Shown: in pieces, positions 62,137 through 64,000 of the stretch | Layout: every line of letters starts with the position of its first letter | How positions within the stretch are numbered: position 1 is the first letter of the stretch | From: a virus | Strand: one strand, 5' to 3' | DNA length: 64,000 bases | IMG/VR virus record: IMGVR_UViG_3300045971_000528 | Span: 1-64,000 of that record | Notes under the pieces: generated by a model | The model's database searches: none | Seen by the model: the letters and a program-made list of their open reading frames with translations, nothing else | What the model was told of the DNA's origin: nothing | Position numbers and translations under genes: made by a program

Positions 62137-63186
62137 TCAGGCGCTCTTGCCTTCCTTGAAGTGCTTGCCGACGGACGGCCAGTACAACAGGTTGGTGCCG
62201 GCGACGACCTTGCGGTTCGTGCTGGTGGACTGGATGAACACGTCCCATTCGCCGAGGTTGTCAGGCGACAGCTTGGCGTCGACGCTGGGCAGACCCACCA
62301 TCTGGCGAGCAGCCGGGCCGGCGAAGACTTCGCCCGTCTTCTGGTTGCGGACGGCGATCAGCTTGTAGCCCTGCACCTTCAGTTCGCTCTTGGTGAGCTG
62401 GTAGAAGGCGGCGCCCTTCAGCATCTTCGTGCCCAGGCGGGCTTCGACGAAGTCACGGATCTGCTGTTCGTGTTCGGCAGGGCCGACAGGCAGGAGCTGC
62501 ACTTCGGCGCCGACGTTGACCAGCGCGGCCTTGACGTCTTCGATGTTGACCTCGGCCATGTTGGCGTAGAAGCGCTTCGTCGACTTCATGCCCTTCGAGC
62601 GACCAGTCATGTAGTCGGTGAAGGCGGCAGTGGCTTGCGCTTGCGCGACTTCGACACCACGCTGGGTCTGCTCCCAGGCCAGGATGTTGCCTTCGTGGAC
62701 GCCCAGGCGGATGAGATTCTTGACCTCGGTGGCCGGCACGCGGAAGGTGAAGGTCCAGCGGTCAGATGCGATCAGCTCTTCCATCTTGGCGATGGCGCGG
62801 CCGGAACTCCAGCGACGGCTGTGTTCGTCGCGACCGTCGGTCGTCAGCGAAACCAGGAAGGCGGCATCGGGCTCGTTGGCGCCGGGTTGGCTCAGCAGGT
62901 TGTCGATGGCGTCGCCGACTGCATCCCACAGGGGCGTGCCGCCATTGGTGGAGTAGGACGAAACGGGGGTGAGGGCTTGAACGGGCTGGCCGTCTACCAC
63001 GACGCGTACGTCGGTGGTGTGACCGTAGCCGAGCTCCAGGACTGAGACGATCGTCTCTTGACCGGAGGCAGCCGTTGCGGCTGCGATGGAAGCAATGAGA
63101 CCGTTGTAGTCGTTCATTGCTGGGCGAGCGATCCGGGTCATGGAGCCGGAGTGGTCGCGGATGAGGGCCATGAAACTCTTGGACAT
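62137..63186 (-). CDS. vWA domain protein
   Basis: MIDAS DHSGSM, GGTPLWDA, TDG. Confidence 0.85.
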   Translation of the reverse strand: MSKSFMALIRDHSGSMTRIARPAMNDYNGLIASIAAATAASGQETIVSVLELGYGHTTDVRVVVDGQPVQALTPVSSYSTNGGTPLWDAVGDAIDNLLSQPGANEPDAAFLVSLTTDGRDEHSRRWSSGRAIAKMEELIASDRWTFTFRVPATEVKNLIRLGVHEGNILAWEQTQRGVEVAQAQATAAFTDYMTGRSKGMKSTKRFYANMAEVNIEDVKAALVNVGAEVQLLPVGPAEHEQQIRDFVEARLGTKMLKGAAFYQLTKSELKVQGYKLIAVRNQKTGEVFAGPAARQMVGLPSVDAKLSPDNLGEWDVFIQSTSTNRKVVAGTNLLYWPSVGKHFKEGKSA

Positions 63187-63322
63187 GTTTGCAAATTCCT
63201 TCAAAGACAAAGTTGATGTTGGGAACAAAGTTTGCCGTCTTCCGACGGCGTTCTATTTATACCAATCCACTCTGGTATTGTATCACACCATCAACCTGAC
63301 GTGTCAGGCTGATTGTAACGTG

Positions 63323-64000
63323 TTACTTGATGGAGCAGACCTTGGCAGCTTGGGCCATGGTAGGCCACATAGGACCTGTCAGCTTGGCACCCTTTGGCAG
63401 CGGAATGATGATCCCCGTCTGCTTCTGCACCTCAGCAATGCTAGACCTGAAGGTTTGTGGCGTGGCCTTGGAGGCTGCATGCGGGTAGATGAAGACCAAT
63501 ACCTCGAGGGTCTTCTGATCAACCAGCACCTTGTAGAAGGCTGTGGGAACTACCACCGCATTCTTACCAATCGTGGTAGCACCCTTCAGGTCGTAGATGG
63601 GACCGACGTAGACAAGGATGTCATCGCCACGGCCAGCTGCCCATGCACGTGAGCGGACCTCAAGAGACTTCCATGCGGCACGATTCAGGCCTGGGAGTTG
63701 GGGTGCCGCGTTCGACAGGACGTTGCTCTCGAGGGAGAGTTGGTCTGTGGACCGCATGTCAGCGCTGTTGGCCATGTGGCCAATGTCGTAGCCTGACTTG
63801 GCGTAGTCCTTGGTCTCAGCGCGCTTCCCAGCCGGGACAGACGGCTCGGGCTTGAAGCCAGCAGCGCGATCATCGCATCCAGTGGCTGAAGCAGGAGTCA
63901 GGGTGTAGGCGACCCATGCCGGGATCTTGGCCTTGTTGTCATGCGCAAGCGCGTAACCTTCACGACAGATAGGCGTGATGTCAGACTTGGAGACTTTGGG
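63323..64000 (-). CDS. DNA/RNA non-specific endonuclease (NucA/EndoG family), 5' end outside the window
   Basis: SGYDIGHMA, LSNAAPQ..LNR..W..LE, VPTAFYKV; frame open to the window edge. Confidence 0.88.
   Translation of the reverse strand, partial: PKVSKSDITPICREGYALAHDNKAKIPAWVAYTLTPASATGCDDRAAGFKPEPSVPAGKRAETKDYAKSGYDIGHMANSADMRSTDQLSLESNVLSNAAPQLPGLNRAAWKSLEVRSRAWAAGRGDDILVYVGPIYDLKGATTIGKNAVVVPTAFYKVLVDQKTLEVLVFIYPHAASKATPQTFRSSIAEVQKQTGIIIPLPKGAKLTGPMWPTMAQAAKVCSIK

Overview
This 64 kb window looks like an accessory region of a large T4-like (jumbo) phage genome, probably infecting a Burkholderiales-type betaproteobacterium. Evidence: dense minus-strand small ORFs, about 30 TAAATA late-promoter motifs, cUUCGg terminators, freestanding GIY-YIG/HNH/DUF559 endonucleases and an MHFG-family PEP-CTERM gene. 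All calls come from reading the sequence by eye; no searches or folding programs were run. Main content: (1) A ~6.3 kb array of 27 tRNA genes plus several tRNA-like RNAs (17.5-23.7 kb). It is preceded by what appears to be a ribosome-mediated attenuator. The first 30 codons of the 40-codon leader peptide use exactly the 13 amino acids, and the isoacceptors, supplied by the array. (2) A Ro60/Rsr gene and six Y-RNA-like genes, four of them embedded among the tRNAs, plus an HNH-RNA ligase, a tRNA nucleotidyltransferase and phosphatases. (3) A porin plus two multiheme c-type cytochromes under late-promoter motifs. (4) Auxiliary genes: BLUF photoreceptor, saccharopine-dehydrogenase-like enzyme, PBP7-like peptidase, NUDIX, HD, GNAT, vWA, collagen/BclA and two PEP-CTERM proteins. 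(5) Three expanded paralogue families with T4-like capsid-targeting N-termini (MKLxEL..E), some apparently polyproteins.
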